The notes under the pieces: generated by a model
What the model was told of the DNA's origin: nothing
The model's input: only the letters and a program-made list of their open reading frames with translations
Databases searched by the model: none
Virus genome (UHGV): UHGV-0063608
DNA: 13,170 nucleotides
DNA from: a virus
Strand: one strand, 5' to 3'
Program-made: the position numbers and the translations under genes
In this document: piece after piece, positions 1 through 7,800 of the stretch
Layout of the letters: each line of letters opens with the position of its first letter
Position numbering within the stretch: the first letter of the stretch is position 1

Positions 1-48
1 AGCACATAATATCCCATTATACGCGCGTATAATGGGATATTAGGTGCT
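1..48. repeat. telRL-like telomere resolution palindrome (protelomerase target), truncated by the window start
   Basis: Positions 1-48 form a near-perfect palindrome centred between 24 and 25 (core CCCATTATACGCGCGTATAATGGG), with one mismatch (a6 versus g43). The right arm continues to 52 (gctgatc), so the left arm probably extends about 4 nt beyond the window. It closely resembles the N15 telRL/telO core as I recall it, and lies just upstream of a protelomerase gene. Confidence 0.8.
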
Positions 49-85
49 GATCTTTAGAACAAAGTCAAGGAACAAATTTTAACGT

Positions 86-124
86 TCCGATATTGTGTTT
101 TTGTTTATTATCCGTTATTGTGTT
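86..124 (+). repeat. Two direct repeats TCCG(A/T)TATTGTGTT flanking the telomere site (tos-like accessory repeats)
   Basis: tccgatattgtgtt at 86-99 and tccgttattgtgtt at 111-124, 25 bp apart, between the palindrome and telN. In N15 the telRL is flanked by short repeats that belong to the telomerase occupancy site. Confidence 0.5.
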
Positions 125-173
125 CTGTTAGTTTGTGACTAAGTTAACGCGTTATTAGTTATCTTATTCTCAA

Positions 174-181
174 ATTGTGTT
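174..181 (+). repeat. Third copy of the ATTGTGTT core just upstream of the telN ribosome-binding site
   Basis: attgtgtt at 174-181 shares the 8-mer core of the two repeats at 86-124; it could be a TelN autoregulatory or occupancy site. Confidence 0.3.
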
Positions 182-215
182 ACGATAATCCGAGCGGATA
201 ATCAGGAGAGGAAAG

Positions 216-2111
216 ATGAGCAAAGTAAAAATCGGTGAATTAATAAACTCACTTGTTAGCGATGTTGAGTCAATAGATAACTCTGACCGTCCTCAAGGGG
301 AAAAAACAAAAAAAATAAAAGCTGTTGCATTAAAATTTAAAAATGCATTATTTAATGACAAGCGAAAGTTTAGGGGGAAAGGATTAGAAAAAAGAATTAC
401 AGCCAACACATTCAATGCCTATATGAGCAGGGCCAGAAAACGGTTTGATGATAAACTTCATCATAGCTTTGAAAAAAATATACATCGCCTATCTGAAAAG
501 TATCCTTTATATAATGAGGAGCTATTATCATGGCTTTCTCTACCTGCTGCCGATATTCGCCAGAGAATGTCAGCTTTACAGGCAAAATTAAAATTAATTC
601 TCCCTTTATCAGAAGATTTATCTAATATCAGAATTGGTGATAACAAAAGTCATAATAAGTTATTAAAATTATCAAACAAATATAAAGAGTGGCAATTCGC
701 CATTTCTGATTTAACTAGCGATAACTGGAAAGATAAGCGCGATTATTTATATAAATTACTACAGCAAGGATCTGCCTTACTTGAGGAGTTGAATCAGCTA
801 AAAGTTAACCATGAGATTCTCTATCATCTTCAACTAAGCCCTGCCGAACGCGCATCTATCCAGCAACGATGGGCGGACGTTCTGCACAATAAGAAACGTA
901 ACGTGGTGGTCATTGATTACCCTAAATATATGCAAGCTATTTACGATATTATAAATAGCCCTGCTACATTAAATAATCTAAACACTCGTTCAGGTATGGC
1001 TCCTTTGGCATTTGCACTTGCTGCATTGTCAGGAAGACGAATGATTGAGATTATGTATCAAGGTACATTCACTGTTTCTGGTAAGTATACCGTTGATTTT
1101 TTAGGCCAAGCTAAAAAAAGAACTTCTGATGATATAACCAGAAAAATATATACATTATGCGAAGCGAAAACATTTGTTTATTTAATAAATGTACTTCGCT
1201 CATGCCCAGCAGCATCTGATTTTGATGATGTCGTTAAAGGTTATGGAGATAACGACACACGCTCTGAAAACGGACGTATTAATGCCATATTAGCAAAGGC
1301 TTTTAACCCGTGGGTTAAATCATTTTTCAAAGATGACCGCCGTGTTTATAAAGATAGTCGTGCTATTTATGCCCGTATTGCGTATGAAATGTTTTTCCGC
1401 GTAGATCCTCGTTGGAAAAATGTAGATGAGGATGTTTTCTTTATGGAAATTTTAGGCCATGACGATGAAAACACTCAATTACACTATAAGCAATTCAAGC
1501 TGGCCAACTTCTCAAAGACATGGAGGCCAAATACTGGAAACGAAAATACCAGGCTGGAAGCATTGCAGCAGCTTGATGACGAAATGCCTGGATTCGCCAG
1601 AGGAGATGCCGGGGTTCGTCTGCATAACACAGTTAAGCAGCTGGTAGAGCAGGACCCCTCTATAAAAATCACGAACAGCACTCTAAGAGCATTCAAATTT
1701 AGCCCAACAATGATTAGTCGATACCTGGAATTTGCTGCTGATGCTCTGGGGCAATTTGTTGGCGAAAATGGACAATGGCAGCTGAAAATTGATACTCCAG
1801 AAATCGTTATGCCTGACGAAGAAGAGCTGGAAGCAATACCTGAACAGGCGGATGAATTATCAGAGGATGACGATCTGGATGACGACGAAATTGAGATAGA
1901 GGAAGAGATAGAGGAAGAGAGCATAGAAGAACAGCAACCGCCCGCGCCTTCTTCACCTGTATCTAAGCCGGTATTTAAGCCAGTGAGAAATATTGGTGAT
2001 GGCTCATACGTTGTCGAGTTTCATTATAATGGCCAGAATTATGCGTGGTCAGGCAGTGCAAACAGCCCCATGTCAGCAATGCAGTTAGCATGGCTGACAT
2101 ATTTCGGCTAA
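216..2111 (+). CDS. telN: Protelomerase (telomere resolvase), tyrosine-recombinase-like
   Basis: 631-aa ORF, the same length as N15 TelN. The N-terminus MSKVKIGELIN... and blocks such as RSGMAPLAFALAA..SGRRMIEIM and NTQLHYKQFKL (active-site Tyr region) match my memory of TelN/TelK. Strong RBS AGGAGAGG upstream of the ATG, acidic C-proximal linker, and the gene sits next to the telRL palindrome. Confidence 0.93.
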   Translation: MSKVKIGELINSLVSDVESIDNSDRPQGEKTKKIKAVALKFKNALFNDKRKFRGKGLEKRITANTFNAYMSRARKRFDDKLHHSFEKNIHRLSEKYPLYNEELLSWLSLPAADIRQRMSALQAKLKLILPLSEDLSNIRIGDNKSHNKLLKLSNKYKEWQFAISDLTSDNWKDKRDYLYKLLQQGSALLEELNQLKVNHEILYHLQLSPAERASIQQRWADVLHNKKRNVVVIDYPKYMQAIYDIINSPATLNNLNTRSGMAPLAFALAALSGRRMIEIMYQGTFTVSGKYTVDFLGQAKKRTSDDITRKIYTLCEAKTFVYLINVLRSCPAASDFDDVVKGYGDNDTRSENGRINAILAKAFNPWVKSFFKDDRRVYKDSRAIYARIAYEMFFRVDPRWKNVDEDVFFMEILGHDDENTQLHYKQFKLANFSKTWRPNTGNENTRLEALQQLDDEMPGFARGDAGVRLHNTVKQLVEQDPSIKITNSTLRAFKFSPTMISRYLEFAADALGQFVGENGQWQLKIDTPEIVMPDEEELEAIPEQADELSEDDDLDDDEIEIEEEIEEESIEEQQPPAPSSPVSKPVFKPVRNIGDGSYVVEFHYNGQNYAWSGSANSPMSAMQLAWLTYFG

Positions 2112-2122
2112 AGCATACGTTA

Positions 2123-2147
2123 AAGGCACCGAATTAATCGGTGCCTT
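2123..2147. terminator. Stem-loop between convergent telN and the antirepressor operon; possible bidirectional terminator
   Basis: 10-bp perfect stem aaggcaccga/tcggtgcctt with a 5-nt loop, 12 nt after the telN stop. The flanking U-tracts are only moderate on either strand. Confidence 0.45.
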
Positions 2148-2283
2148 GTTATGTGGCCTACCTCGCCCACCCCCTGCAAAGGGCAGAAGTAACGGAGGAA
2201 ACGCGGCTGCAACCACAGACATCACCGCCCCGACTGCGAGGCTTCCCCTCACTAAGAAGAGCATAAATTCGGGCTGGCCAACC

Positions 2284-3066
2284 CTATTTATTAGTGATTT
2301 CAGCTGGCTTTAACTGCGCGGATAACTGCTCAAGTTTTTGAACTGCCAGTTCAAAATGCGCGGGTAACGCCTTTTCCAGATCAGAGTTAATATCGGTGAT
2401 GGGCAAATCACCACACGACATACTCCGCCTACCCCCACGAACAACATCACGCAACAACTCACGTTCATACGTGCGCATGTTCCCCAATGCCGACTCAGCA
2501 GCCGTCAAAATCCGGCGCAGTTCTGCCGTAATTGCTGGCAAATCATCAACCGTTATGGGGTTCGGGGATGGATTACGACACGCCCGACGCAAAGCCAACC
2601 ATACACCACTAATCCAGGCATTTCGGTATTGAAAACTTTGTGCAATATCGTTAATCAGCCCTCGCAGATACTCCTTCTGCCTCCAGTTCAACGGCTCCGC
2701 AGCTCGCATTGGCTCAGGCTCGACGTAAACGTACTCTCCATTCTTGCGAATAGAGGGCAAGACTTCGTTCGTTACCCATTTGCGAAACCGCCAAGCTGTT
2801 GTGCCTTGCTTCACCGCGTCACGGCAGCGGAGGATCAGGGTGTATAGACCTGACTCTGAAATAATATTTAGCTTTTGCTCTCCGCCAGGGGTGTAACTTA
2901 AAGTTACACCCTTTTCATCCTCATCCAGAGACATTAGCGCCTTCCGGGAGTTAACGAGTCTTAAAGCATCACATACATCCTTAGCCACAAACCACGGCTC
3001 ACCGTTAATCATCACTACACGAACCTGATGCTCTTCCTGAAACGAAAATACAGCTAACGCGCTCAT
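2284..3066 (-). CDS. Bro-N domain protein, putative antirepressor
   Basis: 260 aa; the N-terminus FSFQEEHQVRVVMINGEPWFVAKDVCDAL is a textbook Bro-N/AntA-type motif. Perfect RBS AAGGAGG before the ATG, and the start overlaps the upstream gene's stop (ATGA). It is the last gene of an Icd-like/small protein/antirepressor operon, as in the P1 immI and N15 immA loci. Confidence 0.7.
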   Translation of the reverse strand: MSALAVFSFQEEHQVRVVMINGEPWFVAKDVCDALRLVNSRKALMSLDEDEKGVTLSYTPGGEQKLNIISESGLYTLILRCRDAVKQGTTAWRFRKWVTNEVLPSIRKNGEYVYVEPEPMRAAEPLNWRQKEYLRGLINDIAQSFQYRNAWISGVWLALRRACRNPSPNPITVDDLPAITAELRRILTAAESALGNMRTYERELLRDVVRGGRRSMSCGDLPITDINSDLEKALPAHFELAVQKLEQLSAQLKPAEITNK

Positions 3067-3296
3067 TTAGCCTCCTTATTGTGCTGTAATTGCGACGAGA
3101 GAGATGCTGAATACCCCTGTGCTTCGTGTGTTAGCTCACACGCAATTTGAAGGAGCTTCCCGGCTTCTGATAGATAAATCGACGCCTCACAGCTGGATAC
3201 TGTCCGATGGGCTGATGACACGAGCGCATAGACCTGAGCAAGACGTTCATCCAACGACTCCAGCAGGCCAACAGTGTTCATTTTTACCTGATTCAT
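3063..3296 (-). CDS. Hypothetical 77-aa protein, middle gene of the anti-immunity operon
   Basis: ORF with RBS GAGGTGG upstream, translationally coupled at both ends by ATGA overlaps. No recognisable motif. Confidence 0.55.
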   Translation of the reverse strand: MNQVKMNTVGLLESLDERLAQVYALVSSAHRTVSSCEASIYLSEAGKLLQIACELTHEAQGYSASLSSQLQHNKEAK

Positions 3297-3457
3297 GCAG
3301 CCACCTCGCGCACCGGAATACGGGCAGACAATACCAGGACAAACCGGCTGGCGAACTGGCGACGAGCTTCCCGTTCAGATGACGCGATGGTGGAAAGATG
3401 ATGGATATGTGACTTTTTGTCTGTGCGAACGATTGCCGCAAATTTGAATTTGAACAT
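3293..3457 (-). CDS. Small Icd-like protein (putative host cell-division inhibitor), 54 aa
   Basis: Not in the supplied ORF track because it is under 60 aa. Hand translation gives MFKFKFAAIVRTDKKSHIHHLSTIASSEREARRQFASRFVLVLSARIPVREVAA. GGAG lies 8 nt upstream of the ATG and the stop overlaps the next start (ATGA). The pattern F.F.A...R.D ... SE.EAR ... F.L.L.ARIPV matches what I recall of Icd-like proteins that sit upstream of ant genes. Confidence 0.5.
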   Translation of the reverse strand: MFKFKFAAIVRTDKKSHIHHLSTIASSEREARRQFASRFVLVLSARIPVREVAA

Positions 3458-3495
3458 GGTATGCACTCCGTTTAATTGGTCGTGCTACCACCAGA

Positions 3496-3505
3496 GTTCC
3501 TACGC
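3496..3505 (-). promoter_or_regulatory. Antisense-target repeat, copy proximal to the Icd-like start (GCGTAGGAAC on the transcribed strand)
   Basis: Plus-strand gttcctacgc; identical 10-mer at 3663-3672. Complementary to ggtaggaa at 3531-3538 inside the candidate RNA. Confidence 0.4.
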
Positions 3506-3511
3506 TCTATA

Positions 3512-3590
3512 TGGCGGTAGCCCAGACGGGGGTAGGAATACCGGTAAACGAAGAAACCGGCCAGCTAAAAGCTGCCCCATCTGAGCCACC
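3512..3590 (-). ncRNA. Candidate small regulatory RNA (P1 c4 / P4 CI / N15 CA-like), tRNA-like with a 3' GCCA
   Basis: Minus-strand RNA 5'-GGUGGCUCAGAUGGGGCAGCUUUUAGCUGGCCGG...CCUACCCCCGUCUGGGCUACCGCCA-3'. The first 7 nt pair with GGCUACC (two G-U wobbles) and are followed by G-CCA, like an acceptor stem with discriminator and CCA. There are internal hairpins (CAGC/GCUG and CCGGU/ACCGG), and the UUCCUACCCCCG segment is complementary to two GCGUAGGAAC copies in the same leader. Confidence 0.35.
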
Positions 3591-3620
3591 ATAAATTTGG
3601 TGTACGCAGATTTTACACAC

Positions 3621-3642
3621 AAAAAAACACGCTGGCGCGTGT
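3621..3642 (-). terminator. Intrinsic-terminator-like hairpin inside the anti-immunity leader
   Basis: On the minus strand, a 6-bp stem ACACGC/GCGUGU with a 4-nt loop is followed by UUUUUU and GUGUGU. It lies between the distal antisense-target repeat and the 5' end of the candidate RNA. Confidence 0.4.
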
Positions 3643-3662
3643 TGTGCGCTTCATTTACTCGG

Positions 3663-3672
3663 GTTCCTACGC
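3663..3672 (-). promoter_or_regulatory. Antisense-target repeat, distal copy (GCGTAGGAAC on the transcribed strand)
   Basis: Identical 10-mer to 3496-3505. With its flank (CCGGGCGUAGGAA) it can pair 11 of 12 positions with UUCCUACCCCCG of the candidate RNA. Confidence 0.4.
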
Positions 3673-3752
3673 CCGGCTACGGGATTTACCGTAGCGGAGT
3701 AAACTTTACCGTCAAAACGACGCGCACGTCAATAATTTGCAAAGACATTTTA

Positions 3753-3772
3753 CCCCGTGACCAGTCACGGGG
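3753..3772. repeat. GC-rich perfect inverted repeat ccccgtga-ccag-tcacgggg after the accessory cassette
   Basis: 8-bp stem, 4-nt loop. The T-run on the plus strand is 7 nt away and the minus-strand U-tract is weak, so this is either a weak terminator for the upstream leftward genes or a protein-binding site. Confidence 0.3.
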
Positions 3773-3833
3773 ACAGGTGTTTTTATAGTTTGCTTGAACG
3801 AGTGTTCAGAAGTTGATCGTTAATCAAAGGCCA

Positions 3834-4121
3834 TTACTGATTAAGAGATTGGAAATACCTAACTAACTTACCGGCATCATCACATTTTTCTTTATCTTCT
3901 TCCTTAACATAGCCGCGACAAAAGGCTGAATAAAATTTTGCATTTTCAGAAGCAAAAGCAGCCGTCGAAAGGAGCAGTTCTTTGCATGATTCTTTTGATG
4001 CAGCATCGGGATTATTTTTACATGCAAGCTCTGCTGATGAGTCAATAACAGAAATGCTATCTTCCTGGGCATAAACCGCAGCAGAAAAGGCAAAACATAA
4101 AACAAAAATAAAACTCTTCAC
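3834..4121 (-). CDS. Small secreted or periplasmic cysteine-containing protein, unknown function
   Basis: GTG start with strong RBS AGGAG 5 nt upstream. N-terminus MKSFIFVLCFAFSAAVYA-QE is a typical Sec signal peptide with an AxA cleavage site, and the mature part has 4 Cys. The region is markedly AT-rich compared with repA, which is moron-like. Confidence 0.6.
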   Translation of the reverse strand: MKSFIFVLCFAFSAAVYAQEDSISVIDSSAELACKNNPDAASKESCKELLLSTAAFASENAKFYSAFCRGYVKEEDKEKCDDAGKLVRYFQSLNQ

Positions 4122-4148
4122 TTTATCTCCTGTAACAGTTATCGCAAC

Positions 4149-4544
4149 TCAATCAACTTTTTTAGCATCAGCCATACGCTTCAACCAGTAATCAACAATC
4201 GGTTGCTCATCCACAGAATGTTTACCAGGTATAACTCGCCAGCTGTCTGCCGAAAGGCTACCGTATCTATGCGGGAAAAGGCATTTCTTTAGCTCCTGCC
4301 ATGTGCTAGGAAAACCGTCTGCCAAAGTGCCAATTAACAGAAAAGGGACAAAAATCAGGGCTACAAACCATCGGGCAAGAAAGTGCTCAACAATAACCTC
4401 TTCACCGTTATAGTAATACGCATACGTATCCCATATACGAATTTTCCTTACCCTAAAAATGGCCTTATGCTGAGAACGACTTAGCTTGATGCGAATGTAT
4501 CCCTTATTCAAGAGGGATTGGTGTTTGTATGATTGAACTGCCAT
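4149..4544 (-). CDS. Single-pass membrane protein, unknown function
   Basis: 131 aa; RBS GAGAGGGG upstream of the ATG; basic N-terminal region, one hydrophobic helix WFVALIFVPFLLIGTLA, then a C-terminal soluble domain. Co-oriented and tightly spaced with its neighbours. Confidence 0.55.
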   Translation of the reverse strand: MAVQSYKHQSLLNKGYIRIKLSRSQHKAIFRVRKIRIWDTYAYYYNGEEVIVEHFLARWFVALIFVPFLLIGTLADGFPSTWQELKKCLFPHRYGSLSADSWRVIPGKHSVDEQPIVDYWLKRMADAKKVD

Positions 4545-4546
4545 TT

Positions 4547-4813
4547 TTAACCCCTCTCAGCGTTATTCTCTGATAACGGCTTTACCTTATATTTCCTCAA
4601 TAGGATACGGGCTTCATCTGTCCGGTCTTCCATGTTTTTATCGCTGGCAATACAGCAATAAACAGCATCATCATCGCCAAAGCCATTCATCCTAATGATG
4701 ATGAACGGCAGTTCTCGACCAGTTTTGTAATCGCTATAGCCAGTATCCATTCTGCTGACGTTAACAACATACGGATCATACCCTTCAATCAAAACGAGGC
4801 ACTCTTGCATCAT
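4547..4813 (-). CDS. Hypothetical small protein immediately downstream of repA
   Basis: The track ORF (4547-4843) begins at a TTG that overlaps the repA stop; the first ATG (MMQECLVLIEGYDPYVVNV...) is at 4813. No recognised motif, and the start is uncertain. Confidence 0.45.
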   Translation of the reverse strand: MMQECLVLIEGYDPYVVNVSRMDTGYSDYKTGRELPFIIIRMNGFGDDDAVYCCIASDKNMEDRTDEARILLRKYKVKPLSENNAERG

Positions 4814-4830
4814 TCCCACGCTTCTACCCT

Positions 4831-7800
4831 CTAAACTACACAAAACTCATCGCTGGCATGTCGTGGGCCTATAAAAGCCTTCAGCAACTTAATCTCATGA
4901 CCGGACAGCAAATCCATAAACTCAGTCATATAAAGGGCTGCAAACGTGTATGCGATGCTGTCAACTGACCACCCCCTGATAGATTCCAGTTCAGCTGATG
5001 GCAGAGCACTCATCGCCCAAGACTCAGGAACAGCCACCGGCAATACGGCCAAAGCCTGTGATATAGCTGAACGAGGGGGATCCTGTTCCACCGTGTTTGT
5101 GGATCGCGTTTCACCATTCATATATATATTTAATGACAAATCGCGATCCACTTCGGTCGTTGATTTTTCCGCCTTGCGAGCTTTCAACGTCATACCGTCC
5201 TCCTGACGTTGCGCAAGAATATCAAGCATAAATGCTACAGAATCAGGCTCAACAAAACGCAATGTCGGGCGCTTATCTCCATCTCTGCCGCGACGTTTTC
5301 CTGTTTTTAGGCCGAGAGAGTCGCAGATGTTTTTAAACAGTGCTTCCGGCACTTTAGGCTTCCCTTTTGGTGTCATAAAACCACCAATGCGCAGAACGTT
5401 ATTCAACAGATCACGGCGTTCTGCTGTCATGAGATTATCTCGAGCGAACTTAAGGCGTTCCTGCGTCGCTTCGCCGGTCATAGTTTCAGGGTCGATACCG
5501 CAGTCGATAAAGTACTGCCGGAGAGTTGCTGATTTAAGCGCATAGAATCCGCGCATGCCGACCTCAACAGCTGGGGTGGCTTTTACCTTGTAGTCGATTA
5601 TTCCCGGAAATTTCGCTTTGAATACATCATCAGCCTGCTCGCGTGTCATCGCGGTCACCACAAAATATTGCCACTGTCCGGTCTGGCGGTATGCGTATGT
5701 AAAATTGATAGCCGCTTCTTCACGGTCATAACGACGGGCTGTGACTTCATCAAGCAGCATCGTTTCATAACGGCGAATTTTGTCTCGAGCACCATCGAAA
5801 TAGAATTTCAGCGTGCCTTCTTCAACCGGTAGTTTCAGTTCGTTCTCAATATCCCAGCGGACAAGTTTTGCCTGTTCTTCAAGCGTTAGCGCACGTTTTT
5901 TTAGTAGTTCTTCACGCTCTGATTCTTCTGGTGTCTCTGTATTGAGGTGCAGATCCAGCGTCTGTTCCCACACAATATCCCGCGCTTCTTTGCGCAGCTC
6001 TTTACCAAAATCATTTGCGGCATAATCAGTAGCTAATGGCGATACCTTATAACCGTCGCTGTGCATGATGCAGATCATGTTGCTGGCGTAGTCGTTACGC
6101 GCAGACGCTTCAATAGCGGCAGCTTTAATTTTCATCCTGGTAAAGTCGGTATTGGCCACCCCCATTGATATACGGTCGCCATCGAAAACGACATCCGTCA
6201 GTTCACCGTTCATGCCTGCGGTAGCAAGTAATGCCTGGGCGAATGCACGTTCTATTTTTTGCGGATCAGTCTCGCGTTTTGCACGAGCTTTATCAAAGCC
6301 GATAATAAATTCTTTTGCTGTACGGTCGCGGCGTAGCATTTGCACTGCGTCGCTGGGCACAACTTCACCGCAGAACATGCCGAAATGACGGTCAAAATGT
6401 TTTTTCTCAAATGACACCCCGGAGGAAATCGACGGGCTGTAGATCAGTCCATCGTATTTCATCACCATTACTTTTGGCTGGTTGGTAAAGGCATCGACTT
6501 CTTCATCCTGTTTGCTTTTCTGGTTTACGCACAGAAATTTCTTACCAGGAAAATGCATTCTCAGGGTGGCTGTCACATCTTCTGCAAAGGTGGAGCTGTC
6601 GGTGGCCAACATGATTTTTTCGCCATCCGATACAGCTTTCACCACCTCGGTCATGATGCGATCTTTTTCTGTATAAAAAACCCGGATTGGCTCACCTGTT
6701 TCGCGGTTGCGAACATCAACAGGTAATTCAATTACGTGGATCTGCAGCCATGCCGGTAAACCTAGTTCTTCACGGCGTTTCATAGCCAGTTCAGCCAGGT
6801 CAACCAGCAGATCGTTCGCATCAGCATCCACCATTATTGGGTGTTGTTCCGTTCTGGCCAGCGCGTCGATTAACGTATTGAATACAGCCACCGGGTTTTC
6901 CATAGCCCGACCGGAAAGAACGGCACGTAGCCCTTGCGTGGCCTCGTCAAAGCCAAAATAGTCGTGCTGGCGCATCAACGGTTGCCAGCAGTTTTTAACA
7001 ATCGAGTTTATGCAGATGGTCAGTTTACTGGCGTATGGAGCCATTTCCTGATAGCCAGGGTCCTGATAGTGCAGGATATCGGCTTTTACACCTTTTCCTT
7101 CTGTCATCATTTCCCACAGGCCACCAATAAGGGAAACACGGTGAGCAACAGAGATACCACGTTCTGAGCTATGCATTAAAGGTCGTAACAATCCAGTAGA
7201 TTTGCCGGAACCCATACCAGCACGAACGATGACTATCCCCTGTAGTGATTGCACATACTTCAGGACGTCATCGGTCATTACCGAAGTTTCAAAACGCTTA
7301 TAGGTGATATGTTGAGGACGTTTATTGGGATCAGTTATGCGTTCGCTGAATGAGCGCGGAGCCTGGGCAATACGGCACTTTTTATTCAGGCGACGGGCAA
7401 TGTGGTCTTTTACCGTAGCGCGATAGATATTTTCCAGCCCCATTTCACGCAGAACGATGCAGAACATGTTAAATAAGTCTGACGGACTGTTAGGAACCGG
7501 ACAGGTTAGCATGCCAATATCCACCGCTCTCAGCAGCTCTTTGGCAAAAGTACGACGGTTATCCCGCTTAATTGTCTTCAGGCGGTTGAGCGTCAGAGAT
7601 AGCAAATCAGTGCCGGTTTTCAGGCGGTTTGCAGTTGCAAACAGTTGACGTGCTGTTTCACGAAGTCCACGCAGTTTGTGCAGGTCGTTGAAGTCACTGC
7701 ACTCCATTTGCGGATCGTCTTCAAAAGTTGGATAGACGCAGCGGACATCGTTGAATTTCGATAAGATTTCATAGCCAGTCCGCAGGCCGGCATTCCCTTT

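Noticed and set aside
461-1924. ORFs 461-646 (-), 1459-1647 (+) and 1484-1924 (-) inside telN
   Set aside because: Embedded in the confidently identified telN frame. The 146-aa Ser-rich antisense ORF is the mirror image of the GA-rich acidic linker coding region (EEEIEEE...).
2396-2847. Plus-strand ORFs 2396-2632 and 2629-2847
   Set aside because: Opposite strand of the Bro-N antirepressor gene, which has a strong motif and RBS; no independent support.
3104-3441. ORFs 3104-3382 (+) and 3247-3441 (-)
   Set aside because: They overlap the translationally coupled Icd-like and 77-aa genes in other frames; the 54-aa ORF at 3293-3457 has the better RBS, coupling and sequence pattern.
3512-3590. 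Possibility that the tRNA-like segment is a genuine tRNA gene
   Set aside because: It lacks a canonical D-arm, anticodon arm and T-arm (no GTTC-type T-loop; stems do not fit a cloverleaf), so a partial tRNA mimic or regulatory RNA is more plausible than a functional tRNA.
3597-3788. ORF 3597-3788 (+), 63 aa
   Set aside because: Lies across the structured leader (antisense boxes, terminator hairpin, inverted repeat) on the non-transcribed strand, with no RBS; more likely noncoding regulatory DNA.
3863-4105. ORF 3863-4105 (-), 80 aa
   Set aside because: Alternative frame inside 3834-4121; the 95-aa frame has a strong RBS and a clean signal peptide, so it is preferred.
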